Below, one piece after another: positions 23,152 through 32,000 of a DNA stretch of 32,000 nucleotides. Positions within the stretch are counted from its first letter, which is position 1; every line of letters starts with the position of its first letter. Origin of the DNA: Abditibacteriales bacterium (GTDB taxonomy: Bacteria > Armatimonadota > Abditibacteriia > Abditibacteriales > Abditibacteriaceae); NCBI GenBank assembly GCA_038236075.1, contig JBBSTH010000003.1, positions 2,426-34,425 of the forward strand, in the 5' to 3' direction. Below the pieces are notes generated by a model. The model was given only the letters and a program-made list of their open reading frames with translations, did not search any database and had not been told where the DNA came from. A program made the position numbers and the translations under genes.

Positions 23152-23544
23152 TTAGGCGAGCGAGCCGTCGGGATGTTGAACCATTCCGGCGAAGTGAATG
23201 GCGATTTTGCCGTCGCGCAAAACCCAGCTATCGGCGAAACGCATATGCGCGTCGCCATCCGGCATTTTCATGGTGATCTGCTCGGTGATCATCAAGGTTT
23301 GTGGGGCTTCGGTTTCGGCCCAGAACACGATGTCAGTTTCCAGACCGTCAATGCCCATAATGCCCTGCATATGTTCGCGCAGTTCGTCGCGCCCGCGAAA
23401 ATATAGCGGCTTTTTGGTGAAGCTGGAAATCAGCAAAGCATCGTCGGTGTATTGGTCGAGCAACGCTTCAATGTTCTTGTCGAGGATGTAGCCGATGTGT
23501 TCTTTATACATTCGGCCTAATTTGGTGTCTGGAACGTTTTGCAT
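23152..23544 (-). CDS. NTF2/SnoaL-like fold protein
   Basis: At 130 aa, the size and pattern (IEALLDQYTDDALLISS...ADSWVLRDGKIAIH) are typical of SnoaL_2-type cone-shaped alpha+beta proteins. Confidence 0.55.
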   Translation of the reverse strand: MQNVPDTKLGRMYKEHIGYILDKNIEALLDQYTDDALLISSFTKKPLYFRGRDELREHMQGIMGIDGLETDIVFWAETEAPQTLMITEQITMKMPDGDAHMRFADSWVLRDGKIAIHFAGMVQHPDGSLA

Positions 23545-23551
23545 GGTATTT

Positions 23552-25084
23552 TTATGAGTTGAGAATCAAATCGGCGGCGCATTCGCCGATGACGAAACAG
23601 GCGGCTTGCGTGTTGCCGCTGGTCACGCGCGGCATCACCGAAGCATCAGCCACGCGCAGGTTGTCGAAACCGCGCACGCGCAGTTGAGGGTCAACGACAG
23701 CGTTTTCGTCGCTCGCGCCGCCGATGCGACAGGTTCCCACCGGATGCCAAATCGTGGTGGCATTTCCACGAATGTAGGCTTCAACATCGGTGTCGGCTCC
23801 AGGCGCGATTTCAGCCGCGTAAGCCTCGGCCATAGGGCCGGTTTTGACCAGTTCGCGGATGATTTTCACCGCTTCCACCAGAGTTTGAACATCGGCGTTG
23901 CTTTGCAGATAATTCGGCTGGATATGCGGTGAGTCCTGTGGGTCAGTGGAGCGCAATGTCACACTGCCGATGCTATCGGGCTGCACCATAATCGGCAGAA
24001 AAATACCGACTGGAATGGGAATGTTCAGCACCGGCGCCAGCGGTTGAGGCACAGCAGGAGTGAAATTGAGCTGCAAATCAGGCGCGGCATCGGGACGCTC
24101 TGTTCGTGTGTTGAGAAAGATGGTGTTGCCGGTCAACAACTTCGGCAGGGGATGCTCGGCTTTGGCGGCATAAACGATGGGCAGTTGCAAGTGGTCTTGT
24201 AAATTCTGTCCGACGCCGGGCAAATCAAGCACGACCGGAATGCCCATTTCTTCCAAATGGGCAGCTGGGCCAACACCTGACAGCATCAACAACTTCGGCG
24301 ACAAAAACGCGCCCGCGCTCACCACGACTTCTTGCGAAGCACGAGCCTGTTTGATTTCGCCTTCTTGAAGATACTCAACGCCAATAGCGCGATTTCCCTC
24401 GAAGAGAATCCGCGTCACCAGAGCGCCAGTTTCGACCATTAGATTGGCGCGGTCACGCACTGGGTCAAGGTAAGCCTGCACCGAGCTGGCGCGTGTGCCT
24501 TCTTTGGTGATCGAAAATTGCAGATACCCCGCGCCATTTTCCTGACGTTCGCCGTTGATGTCCCAGTGAGGGCCATCATAACCGAGTTCGACGAGACCAT
24601 TGAGAAACGCTTCAGAACGCGAATCGGGATCGGGATTATCCAGCACGCTAATCGGGCCGCCACTGCCGCGAAAGGGTGAAGCGCCGCCACCATAATCTTC
24701 GACTTTCTTGAAGAAAGGCAGCAAATCATTGTAAGCCCAGCCGGTTGCGCCATTGGCGGCCCAACCATCGAAATTGCGTCGGTTGCCGCGCACCCACATC
24801 AGGGCGTTGATGGAAGTGCTGCCGCCCGCGACTTTGCCCTGATTGATGACGATTTGGCGGCCCCCAAGGGCATTTTGCTCATCGGTGGGCAGCTTCCAAT
24901 CGAGGTCGGAACCCCACAATTGCACGAAACCACTTGGATCAGCGATATTAGGGTTGCTATCGGGCACACCTGCTTCCAAAACCAAAACGCGGCGTTGGGA
25001 ATCGGCGCTCAGGCGATTGGCGACCACAGCGCCGCTCGCGCCGCTGCCCACCATAATGTAATCGAACGATGTCGCGTTAGTCAT
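23552..25084 (-). CDS. GMC-family FAD oxidoreductase (choline-dehydrogenase-like)
   Basis: ATG at 25084 is preceded by GAAGGA. The N-terminal FAD fold is FDYIMVGSGASGAVVANRLS. GMC signature-like segments are GKVAGGSTSINALMWVRG and the C-terminal HPVGTCRIG...VVDPQLRVRGFDNLRVADASVMP. Confidence 0.9.
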   Translation of the reverse strand: MTNATSFDYIMVGSGASGAVVANRLSADSQRRVLVLEAGVPDSNPNIADPSGFVQLWGSDLDWKLPTDEQNALGGRQIVINQGKVAGGSTSINALMWVRGNRRNFDGWAANGATGWAYNDLLPFFKKVEDYGGGASPFRGSGGPISVLDNPDPDSRSEAFLNGLVELGYDGPHWDINGERQENGAGYLQFSITKEGTRASSVQAYLDPVRDRANLMVETGALVTRILFEGNRAIGVEYLQEGEIKQARASQEVVVSAGAFLSPKLLMLSGVGPAAHLEEMGIPVVLDLPGVGQNLQDHLQLPIVYAAKAEHPLPKLLTGNTIFLNTRTERPDAAPDLQLNFTPAVPQPLAPVLNIPIPVGIFLPIMVQPDSIGSVTLRSTDPQDSPHIQPNYLQSNADVQTLVEAVKIIRELVKTGPMAEAYAAEIAPGADTDVEAYIRGNATTIWHPVGTCRIGGASDENAVVDPQLRVRGFDNLRVADASVMPRVTSGNTQAACFVIGECAADLILNS

Positions 25085-25106
25085 TGAATTTCCTTCGCTT
25101 TAACTA

Positions 25107-25964
25107 CTAAGACTGAAAAACCGCCGCATGGTCTTTGGCAAATTGATCGAATGAACGGGACGGTTGCCCCGTCACTTGGTGAGTTGTGTCCGTCACTGCC
25201 GAGGCATAGCCGGTTGCGTAGGAGGTATAGAGATCATTCATGCCATCCACCATCCATTCCGGTAAGCCCCAGCCCATCATGCCTTGTTTGAACTCGGCGG
25301 GCGACACGGCCACATATTGCACGGGTTTGCCGATGGCTTCCGAGAGTTTGGCCGCGCAATCGCCATACGAAAGCGCTTCTGGCCCGGTGACTTCGTAAGC
25401 CTTACCTTCGTGGCCCGTTTCGGTCAGCAATTTGACCGCAACCGCCGCCACATCGCGGATATCAACAAAGCTGATTTTAGTGTCGCCCGCTGGCAGAGAG
25501 AAAGCGCCCTGAGAAGAGATTCCCTGCGCGAACATCAACAGGTTCTGCATGAACGAGTTGGGACGCAGATGGGTGTAAGGCAAACCTGAGGCTTCCAACT
25601 CTTTTTCGGTTTGCCCGTGCCAGCGCAAAACCGAGCCGAAGCCATCGGGATCGGCGCCGAGCACCGAAAATTTGACGATGTGAGGCCCGTCTGTTTGCTG
25701 CGCGGCTTTGATGAGATTGCCTTGCAATTCGACCTGATTTTCCGCGTAGGATGAAACCAGCATCGCTCGATCTATGCCTTGCAGGGCCACGTCCAGCGAG
25801 GCTATGTCATTCAGATCGCCTTGCACGATTTCCACGCCAGACGGCAGCATCGCGGCGGCTTTCTCTGGATTGCGCACCAGAGCGCGCACTGGCGCTCCGG
25901 CGGCAACCAGTTGTTTCACAATTTCACTACCATTGTTTCCGGTGGCTCCGGTGACAAGAATCAT
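25107..25964 (-). CDS. NmrA-like / atypical SDR NAD(P)-binding protein
   Basis: ATG at 25964 is preceded by GGAGAA. The motif MILVTGATGNNGSEIVKQLVAAGAPVRALVRNPEKA is present, and the length of 285 aa fits. Confidence 0.85.
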   Translation of the reverse strand: MILVTGATGNNGSEIVKQLVAAGAPVRALVRNPEKAAAMLPSGVEIVQGDLNDIASLDVALQGIDRAMLVSSYAENQVELQGNLIKAAQQTDGPHIVKFSVLGADPDGFGSVLRWHGQTEKELEASGLPYTHLRPNSFMQNLLMFAQGISSQGAFSLPAGDTKISFVDIRDVAAVAVKLLTETGHEGKAYEVTGPEALSYGDCAAKLSEAIGKPVQYVAVSPAEFKQGMMGWGLPEWMVDGMNDLYTSYATGYASAVTDTTHQVTGQPSRSFDQFAKDHAAVFQS

Positions 25965-25994
25965 AATTTTCTCCGTTGCATTCGAGACAGAATC

Positions 25995-26025
25995 TTCTCT
26001 TGCGTGCCATGCTGCCGCAAGAGAA
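25995..26025 (-). terminator. Intergenic hairpin (possible attenuator or weak terminator) between the tandem-SnoaL gene and the NmrA-like gene
   Basis: A 10-bp stem, TTCTCTTGCG / CGCAAGAGAA, has an 11-nt loop. There is no clear U-tract on the minus strand, so terminator function is doubtful. Confidence 0.25.
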
Positions 26026-26035
26026 GGTGAACCGT

Positions 26036-26926
26036 TTAGTCTTCTTTGGCAGGGCCGCCGGGAATGACGCCCATTTGTTGCATCAAACCAAGGTCGTTTT
26101 CATTGACCCAGATTTCGATAATTTTGCCGTCGGCGATGCGAAAAATGTCCACGCCTTGATCGTGAACCTTATTGCCCGAAGCGGGCGCGCCCAGAAATGG
26201 CCCCAGATGCGTGGCATCAATTGTCCAGCGCGCCGCGACTTTGTCGCCTTCGCCCATTTCGAGATGCGGCGTGAATTTGATGTCGGGAAACGCGATGTGC
26301 AAACCCTTGACGAAGCCCTTCAATCCTTCCAGACCGCGCACTGGTTCCGGCAGAGTCGGGATGCGAAACGCGAAATTCGGATGAATGATCTCTTCCATCG
26401 TTACTTCGTTGGCCTGCGTCAAAATCTCGTCGAAGTAGCGGCGCATCAGCACTTTGTTTTCTTCGACCGTCGTTGTCTTTGGAGCTTCGGGGCGCGGAAT
26501 AACGCCGATTTGCATCAGCAAACCGAGTGTGTCTTCGTTGGCCAGCGACTCGACAATTTTGCCATCGACGATTTTGAGCCAGCTCATGCCGTCAATCACG
26601 AAGCGTTTACCACTGGGTGGAATATCGCCCATCACGGTATGCAGTGGCCCGCCGGTGTGAGTGCCGCTACCCGTCCAGTGGCCAACAACAGTATCGCCTT
26701 CAGCCAGCAGATGTTCAACGACCAGATGAACATCGGGAAAGGCGCCGTGCAGCATCGTAACGAGATTCTTGAAGCCCTCAGGCCCGTGATAAGGGTCGGG
26801 ATGCGTCGGAATGGTGAACAGAAAATCAGGTGACATCAATTCATCAATAACATTGAGATTGGCCTGATTCATGATTTCGTCGTAGTAGCGACGGGCAATG
26901 GTTTTGTTTTGATCTTCGACAGACAT
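26036..26926 (-). CDS. Tandem double SnoaL-like (ester-cyclase-type) domain protein
   Basis: Two homologous halves are present: ARRYYDEIMNQANLNVIDELMSPDFLF...GHWTGSGTHTG.. and MRRYFDEILTQANEVTMEEIIHPNFAF...ARWTIDATHLG... ATG at 26926 (MSVEDQNK) has GGGAG upstream. The track start at 26941 is TTG. Confidence 0.8.
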   Translation of the reverse strand: MSVEDQNKTIARRYYDEIMNQANLNVIDELMSPDFLFTIPTHPDPYHGPEGFKNLVTMLHGAFPDVHLVVEHLLAEGDTVVGHWTGSGTHTGGPLHTVMGDIPPSGKRFVIDGMSWLKIVDGKIVESLANEDTLGLLMQIGVIPRPEAPKTTTVEENKVLMRRYFDEILTQANEVTMEEIIHPNFAFRIPTLPEPVRGLEGLKGFVKGLHIAFPDIKFTPHLEMGEGDKVAARWTIDATHLGPFLGAPASGNKVHDQGVDIFRIADGKIIEIWVNENDLGLMQQMGVIPGGPAKED

Positions 26927-26960
26927 GGTGAAAACTCCCAAAAAGTAAGAAGCGCAAAAT

Positions 26961-28376
26961 CTACAAACGCACGTTAACGCCTAACACAATATCGTTAAAG
27001 GAGAGATCGTATCCGGGTGAGCGAATAAAGCCTCCTTTGGCGTAAAGCTCGAAACGGTCAGAGATTTCCTTGTTGACAAACCCGAACAGTGTGCGCGCGG
27101 GGTCGTGTTTGGCGAAGCCGGTGCCCTGGTCTTTGAGCAGGGGATAACCGGCAAAAATACCGAATTTGAAACCACGTTTGATCATCACGTAATCGGCCAG
27201 CACCGAAAGCGACTGGGTGGACTGCGGTGAATAGTAAAGCGGATTGAATTTATCGGTATCGTCGTAAAGATACCCCAAACCGATGCGCGCCACTGGCATC
27301 TGTTGTGGGGCTGTGGGCTGGAGGCGATAGTAGAGCGCGGCCTTGGCGGTGTCACGGCTGTTACCATCCGAATAGTTGTAGTGCAGGTAGTTGGCAGAAA
27401 GATCGAGCTTCGGCGTTAACGGATATTCCACAGCGCCCGCATATTCGTTGAGTGTCAAACCCGAAGTAACCGTGTAATACGTTTCGGGTGGTAGAAACTG
27501 CGCCTGGGCACTTTGCAAAATACTATCGCGCCGCGCCACGGACAGGGTATATTTCTCGCGTGACGGTTGCGGCAAATACGAAGCGCGGAAATCATAAAGG
27601 GTGCGGTCGGGCGCCCAATCAAAGGTAACACGGCTCACAAAAAATGAGCCTTCGTATTTCTTGTAATGCGGCTCCAACAACAGGTTAAAGGTGTTTTTGT
27701 CCAACTTGTCATCGTCTAAAAACGATGCGATGGGGCCTAACGGGTTTTTCGGGTTACTGGGATCGTTGTTGTTCCGGTAATAGCCGGTTCCCGCCGTAAA
27801 GGTGAGGTTGCCGTAGCGAGTGCGAAACGTTGGGCCACCGCCACGCGCATTGAGGCGAACGTCGTGGGAATCGCTATAGTTATGAGTCAGCAAGGTGAGA
27901 GTGGGTCTCTCATATAGTTTGGCTCTTTTCAAACCCGCCAAAGCACCCTCATTTTCGGCGTCGTGGCCCAGAATACCGTGATAAATATCTTCGGCATCGA
28001 AGGGCCGATCAACGGCAATCAAAAAATCGGCGATGCCCAGCAAAACTGGCACAGGCGGTGGGCCACCTGACGGCGGGCCGCCACTGGGAGCGCCATTTTC
28101 GGGTGCGCCTTCTGGTGCGATTTGCGGCAATTCGGATGTAGGATTGGTAGGCGCTGTGGCAGTGGTGGGACTCTGCGACGGAATGTTGGGCACAACAACA
28201 CTGCCTTCAGCCTGAGCCAGCAAAATGCGCGGATCCTTGGGCACGACGCGCAACGGCGATGCGCTCGCGGCGACGCAGGGCGCTATGCAAACTGCGCCTA
28301 ACGCAACAGCACCACTGGCCAGGAACGGAAGCCTGCTTCGAGTTCTAATGGGGCGTCGGCTCAGCAAATTAATCAT
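26961..28376 (-). CDS. Secreted protein with a Pro/Gly-rich segment and a probable outer-membrane beta-barrel C-terminal region
   Basis: ATG at 28376 (MINLLSRRP...); the track start at 28388 is TTG. The signal peptide is LPFLASGAVALGAVCIAPCVAASA. A low-complexity stretch is GAPENGAPSGGPPSGGPPPVP. The C-terminal 330 aa show alternating aromatic/hydrophobic strands rich in Y, G and N. I recognise no family. Confidence 0.6.
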   Translation of the reverse strand: MINLLSRRPIRTRSRLPFLASGAVALGAVCIAPCVAASASPLRVVPKDPRILLAQAEGSVVVPNIPSQSPTTATAPTNPTSELPQIAPEGAPENGAPSGGPPSGGPPPVPVLLGIADFLIAVDRPFDAEDIYHGILGHDAENEGALAGLKRAKLYERPTLTLLTHNYSDSHDVRLNARGGGPTFRTRYGNLTFTAGTGYYRNNNDPSNPKNPLGPIASFLDDDKLDKNTFNLLLEPHYKKYEGSFFVSRVTFDWAPDRTLYDFRASYLPQPSREKYTLSVARRDSILQSAQAQFLPPETYYTVTSGLTLNEYAGAVEYPLTPKLDLSANYLHYNYSDGNSRDTAKAALYYRLQPTAPQQMPVARIGLGYLYDDTDKFNPLYYSPQSTQSLSVLADYVMIKRGFKFGIFAGYPLLKDQGTGFAKHDPARTLFGFVNKEISDRFELYAKGGFIRSPGYDLSFNDIVLGVNVRL

Positions 28377-28428
28377 GGTTGGTCTCAAGATGTAAGGCTC
28401 TCGGTTCGATTTTGGCGCGGGTTCAATT

Positions 28429-29217
28429 TCAATGTTTGACTAACCCGTCCAGAGACAGAATATGCAGAGATATGGTGGGCTGCGACGGATTCACAGCACC
28501 ATATCTCACACTGTAAGAAGTGGGATAGTAACCCGCCTTCTGGTAAATTGCGGGCTGCTTGATGGCCGCCGAGAAGCTGCTCTTGGAAGCAATGAAGTCT
28601 TTCGTCACCATCGGCTCGACAAAGTTCAATGTGCCATTATAAAAACCGTAAACGAAAGCACTGGTGAATGGCTGTCCATTGAACTCAGGGCCGGTAGTAT
28701 CGATGTAGTGGCTGCCTTCTCTTGGAACAACGGGAGGAGAGACCATATAGTCAGCCGGAACTACGCTTGTCGCTGGAGTTGCCGGATCGGGATCGGTGAT
28801 GCTCGCGCGCTGCGAGAGGGAAATGGTATAAAAGTGGAAATCGAAATGCGGCTTGTCGTAAACGCCAGCGGGAGGATGCCCAGTGGGATTCCAGTCCAGG
28901 CCGATGTGGGTAAAGGGCGTCGCATTGGCTTGCGGTGGCAGTTCCACCAGATATTCAGTCGGCGTCGTGGGCAACTGTTGCAGCACATCGTCGCTCAATG
29001 TGATTCCCACTGAAGTCGGTTTGGCATTTTTATCCAGCAAAACAAACCCAGTGGCATCTCCATCGCCAACATGAGTGGAAGCGCCGAAATAAATGCCTGC
29101 GGGAGGTAACGTGGTTGGCGCGCTACCACCGCCACCACAGCCGGAAATAACCGCCAGGAGTGCAACACCCAGACAACTTCTCACTCCTATTTTGGCCCGT
29201 GAACTCAAAGTTTTCAT
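28429..29217 (-). CDS. Lipoprotein of unknown function (paralog of 29245-30087)
   Basis: ATG at 29217 has AAGGAAGGA upstream. The lipobox is LLAVISGC followed by GGGGS. It shares these motifs with its neighbour: G.YFG, KP.S.G...S...L..LP, TPF.HI.L...P.GH.P.GV, H.DF and F....FYG(F/Y)YNG..NF.E, AGYYPT. Confidence 0.75.
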   Translation of the reverse strand: MKTLSSRAKIGVRSCLGVALLAVISGCGGGGSAPTTLPPAGIYFGASTHVGDGDATGFVLLDKNAKPTSVGITLSDDVLQQLPTTPTEYLVELPPQANATPFTHIGLDWNPTGHPPAGVYDKPHFDFHFYTISLSQRASITDPDPATPATSVVPADYMVSPPVVPREGSHYIDTTGPEFNGQPFTSAFVYGFYNGTLNFVEPMVTKDFIASKSSFSAAIKQPAIYQKAGYYPTSYSVRYGAVNPSQPTISLHILSLDGLVKH

Positions 29218-29244
29218 GTTGTTGAAAGTCCTTCCTTTCCTTAA

Positions 29245-30087
29245 TTAATTCCGGTAAACGAAATTTTCCAGGAAAAAAGTTTGTTCGTTCGTCACTGGGT
29301 TGCGTTGCACCCGAAATCGAGTGGGATAATATCCGGCCTTTGCTGCGGAACTGGGAGCAGCAAAGGTATCTGTGATCCCGGACTGGCTTTGTAAGAGCGG
29401 AATCGTGATAGGAATCTCGATGAAGTTCGTTTGCCCGTTATAATAACCGTAGAAGACAGCCGTAGTGAACGTTTCGGTGCCCGACAAAACAGGAGTCAAT
29501 TTCGCTACATCGAAGTATCTGGTGCCAAAGCGCGCTTCGGCGTAAGCGAAATCCACCGAAGGAATCGGTGCAAATCCGAGAGGAATATACGAATCTTGCG
29601 GTGTTTTTAGCACCTTCGCCAGATTCTCCCCCTGCGCGGTGATTTGATCCCGCTCTTGGGGGCTGATGACAAAAGACACGAAATCTATGTGAGACAACGA
29701 TAGAACGCCGTCGGGGTCATGTCCTTCGGGCCAATATCTCAGCTCAATATGATTGAAAGGCGTTTGCGCGGCTTCGGATGGAAACTGGATAACCGTTGAA
29801 ATTCCATGCTGTAAAGGTGGAAGATCGGACGGCAAACCCGTTAGCGCATTTTCAGAAAAACTCACTCCAAGCGATGCGGGCTTTCCATCGCTGCCCACAC
29901 TAACAAACGAACGCACGCTGCCATTACCCATAGGCTGCGTCTGTCCAAAGTAGGTTCCAGGCGTAACTGTTTGGGTAACGCTGCCTGAACCACCGCCACC
30001 GCATCCAGAAACCAACACCGTAGCGGCAGAAAGTAGCACAAGAAGGGATGGAGCTATCGCTTTGCGTTTCTTTTTCAGAAATTCCAT
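29245..30087 (-). CDS. Lipoprotein of unknown function (paralog of 28429-29217)
   Basis: ATG at 30087 (MEFLKKKRKAIAPSLLVLLSAATVLVSGCGGGGSG). The track start at 30105 is TTG. The protein is collinear with the downstream paralog along its whole length. Confidence 0.75.
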   Translation of the reverse strand: MEFLKKKRKAIAPSLLVLLSAATVLVSGCGGGGSGSVTQTVTPGTYFGQTQPMGNGSVRSFVSVGSDGKPASLGVSFSENALTGLPSDLPPLQHGISTVIQFPSEAAQTPFNHIELRYWPEGHDPDGVLSLSHIDFVSFVISPQERDQITAQGENLAKVLKTPQDSYIPLGFAPIPSVDFAYAEARFGTRYFDVAKLTPVLSGTETFTTAVFYGYYNGQTNFIEIPITIPLLQSQSGITDTFAAPSSAAKAGYYPTRFRVQRNPVTNEQTFFLENFVYRN

Positions 30088-30110
30088 TGATCTGATTCCT
30101 TGCAAGAGCT

Positions 30111-30596
30111 TTAAAGCCGCGCAAAACCCGGCGCGTATTGGAAAGGCTTGGCGACGGCGTTGTAACTGGTGATAACGAAACCGAAGCGATTCTTATCGGA
30201 CGGCGCCAGCTTCCAGCTTTGCGTCGCGTCCATCGAAGTGCGCCTGGCTTTGGTCGCGGGCTTGACAAACCAACTCGCCTGCCACGCCACCATAACGCTC
30301 ACTTCGATCTGCTCGTCGTCGGCTGTGCCCTCGGAAACATCGATGGAAACCAGATTGTGGCTTTCATCGAAAAAGATGTTGATGACGCCGGGCAATTCGC
30401 TATCATCGGAACAGGTGCCGCCCTCATACCACGCCTTGAAATCTTGCAGCTTAGGCAGAGTTTTTTCGGGAAACACCATTTGCACTTCGTCCGACAAAAA
30501 TGCGACTAATTCATCGGTCGGCGCGTGATTGTCGAGCGCCAGATACCATGCGGTCGCAAAGGCGTTCAGGTTTTCGGAAGAGTAAAGTTGGTTCAT
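30111..30596 (-). CDS. Hypothetical protein, possibly NTF2-like fold
   Basis: 161-aa ORF with ATG at 30596, tightly packed between its neighbours. The N-terminal pattern is FATAWYLALDNHAPTDELVAFLSDEV. The family assignment is tentative. Confidence 0.5.
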   Translation of the reverse strand: MNQLYSSENLNAFATAWYLALDNHAPTDELVAFLSDEVQMVFPEKTLPKLQDFKAWYEGGTCSDDSELPGVINIFFDESHNLVSIDVSEGTADDEQIEVSVMVAWQASWFVKPATKARRTSMDATQSWKLAPSDKNRFGFVITSYNAVAKPFQYAPGFARL

Positions 30597-30612
30597 AATT
30601 CACTATTTACAT

Positions 30613-32000
30613 TCACTGTCCGCAAGTGTTGCCCACGCGTTCGGGATGAACGGTGCCTTCGACGACTAAATCAATGAGAAACGGGCCGGGATGCGCCAAC
30701 ATTTGTTCGATGGCGGCGGCGATCTCCCAGGGTTTTTCGACGCGCAGCGATTGCACGCCCATCGCGCGCGCCAGTTCGTGAAATTGGATTGGCGGCTCAG
30801 ACAAATCGAACGAGAGCGGGTAATCGGTCGGGGTTTCGTGGTGTTCGTCGCGAAACTGGTCAATGTTGAGTTGCAGCAAGTGATAACAACCGTTGTTGCA
30901 CACCACGAACTTGGTCGGCACATTATGGCGCGCCGCCGACCACAACGCCTGAAACGTATACATCGAGCCGCCGTCGCCGCTGAACCCGACGACGGTGCGA
31001 CCGGGATTAGCGAGCGAAACGCCGATGGCGCCGGGAAAACCTACGCCCAGCGAACCGCCGCGCGTGGTGAAGTAATCGCCGGTTTTTTGCGGCGCAAACC
31101 AACGAGAAATTGGCGGCGAATTTGTCAACGCTTCATCAAAAACAATGGCGTTTTCGGGCAGACGCGCCACCAACTCTTTGACGAAACGCGTCATCGAAAT
31201 CGGCACATTGTCCACTTTGGCGTCATCAATTTCATCCTGCTGGCGTAGGTGTTCATCGCGCGTCTTTTGCATCGCATTCAACCGTTTCGCGGCGGCCTCG
31301 CGCTGATCGGGCGTCAAAATCGCTTCGAGATGATCGGCCAACTTCGCCAGCGAAAGTTTCGGATCGCCCAATAATCCCAAATCAACCGGATGGTTTTTGG
31401 CGATTTCGTAGAGGTTCAAGTCAATGTGAACGACTTTGGCATCGGGCGCGAAGATATCGCCCAATTCGGGAAACACTTCCGGCAATAAATACGTGCCGCA
31501 CACCAAATTCACGTCGCCGCTTTGCAAAATCGGTAACGAATGAGTGCCAAACATATGGCCCGTCATGCCCTGATACGCCGGGTGCGTGTAGGAGATATTA
31601 ACTTCGCCCGCATCGGCTTCCCAAACGGGCGCGCCCAACAGTTCGGCGACGCGCTCCAACTCTTTTTGCGCGCCCGAAAACGCGATGCCGTCGCCGATGT
31701 AAATCGTCGGACGCTCGCCGCTCGCCAGCATTTGCGCGGCCTCTTGGAGCAACGCATCGTCGGGCACTGCGCGCGTCGAAGGCAATGACGCCGGGCGAAT
31801 CGGTTCGACAATCGGCGCATCTAAAATATCCTGCGGCAGACAGACATAAACCGGGCCCATCGGCGGCGTGGCTGCTATCTTGACGGCGCGGCGTAGCGTT
31901 CGCAGCAACGACGACGGATGTTGAACCATCGTCGCCCATTTGGTGACCGGTTCCATCATCGCCACCAGATCAGCGGCCATTTGCGCGTCCATCGCCTGAT
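30613..32000 (-). CDS. Thiamine-diphosphate-dependent enzyme (acetolactate synthase / benzoylformate decarboxylase-like), N-terminus beyond window
   Basis: The ThDP-binding motif is GGSLGVGFPGAIGVSLANPGRTVVGFSGDGGSMYTFQALWSAARHNVPTKFVVCNNGCY (GDG...NN). The frame stays open past the listed Met at 31992 to the window edge. About 100 aa or more of the N-terminal Pyr domain are missing. Confidence 0.85.
   Translation of the reverse strand, partial: QAMDAQMAADLVAMMEPVTKWATMVQHPSSLLRTLRRAVKIAATPPMGPVYVCLPQDILDAPIVEPIRPASLPSTRAVPDDALLQEAAQMLASGERPTIYIGDGIAFSGAQKELERVAELLGAPVWEADAGEVNISYTHPAYQGMTGHMFGTHSLPILQSGDVNLVCGTYLLPEVFPELGDIFAPDAKVVHIDLNLYEIAKNHPVDLGLLGDPKLSLAKLADHLEAILTPDQREAAAKRLNAMQKTRDEHLRQQDEIDDAKVDNVPISMTRFVKELVARLPENAIVFDEALTNSPPISRWFAPQKTGDYFTTRGGSLGVGFPGAIGVSLANPGRTVVGFSGDGGSMYTFQALWSAARHNVPTKFVVCNNGCYHLLQLNIDQFRDEHHETPTDYPLSFDLSEPPIQFHELARAMGVQSLRVEKPWEIAAAIEQMLAHPGPFLIDLVVEGTVHPERVGNTCGQ

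Noticed and set aside
1-32000. I looked for CRISPR arrays, tRNA/rRNA genes, transposases, integrases and phage structural genes.
   Set aside because: No regularly spaced direct repeats, no cloverleaf-compatible conserved tRNA motifs and no DDE, tyrosine- or serine-recombinase-like ORFs were recognisable by eye. A tRNAscan/Infernal run would be needed to exclude small RNAs formally.

Overview
This is a 32-kb bacterial chromosomal segment. It is moderately GC-rich and encodes signal peptides and lipoboxes typical of a double-membrane (diderm) bacterium. The phylum cannot be assigned by eye. I support 25 protein-coding genes, several hairpin terminators and one large intergenic inverted repeat. 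I saw no rRNA, tRNA, CRISPR array, transposase or integrase. Layout: (i) 1-2561 (+): secreted PD40-repeat and EF-hand proteins. (ii) 2876-7447 (-): a 1523-aa giant with a DUF4062/TIR-like domain, a STAND P-loop NTPase, one TM helix and TPR repeats (NLR/Avs-like). (iii) 7695-10354: three secreted proteins, one with a FecR domain. (iv) 10554-16902 (-): the most interesting part, a co-directional five-gene cluster. In transcription order it encodes a stand-alone RyR-domain protein, a TIR protein, a heme-c DUF3365/HAMP sensor, a 2TM K+ channel with RCK and two RyR domains, and a SLOG-like Rossmannoid domain fused to two 2TM (SLATT-like) hairpins. It reads like an undescribed Thoeris-like system that signals with an NAD-derived nucleotide and uses ion-channel or membrane effectors. 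A 142-nt near-perfect inverted repeat sits in its only large intergenic gap. (v) 17001-32000 (-): a long co-directional metabolic/accessory stretch. It holds a bestrophin-like DUF4239 protein, an AGE-like protein, GlgX, VOC, DJ-1/PfpI, four NTF2/SnoaL-like domains in three genes, a GMC oxidoreductase, an NmrA-like protein, an OM-barrel-like protein, two paralogous lipoproteins and a ThDP enzyme. All domain calls come from motif recognition by eye on the supplied translations, not from database searches.
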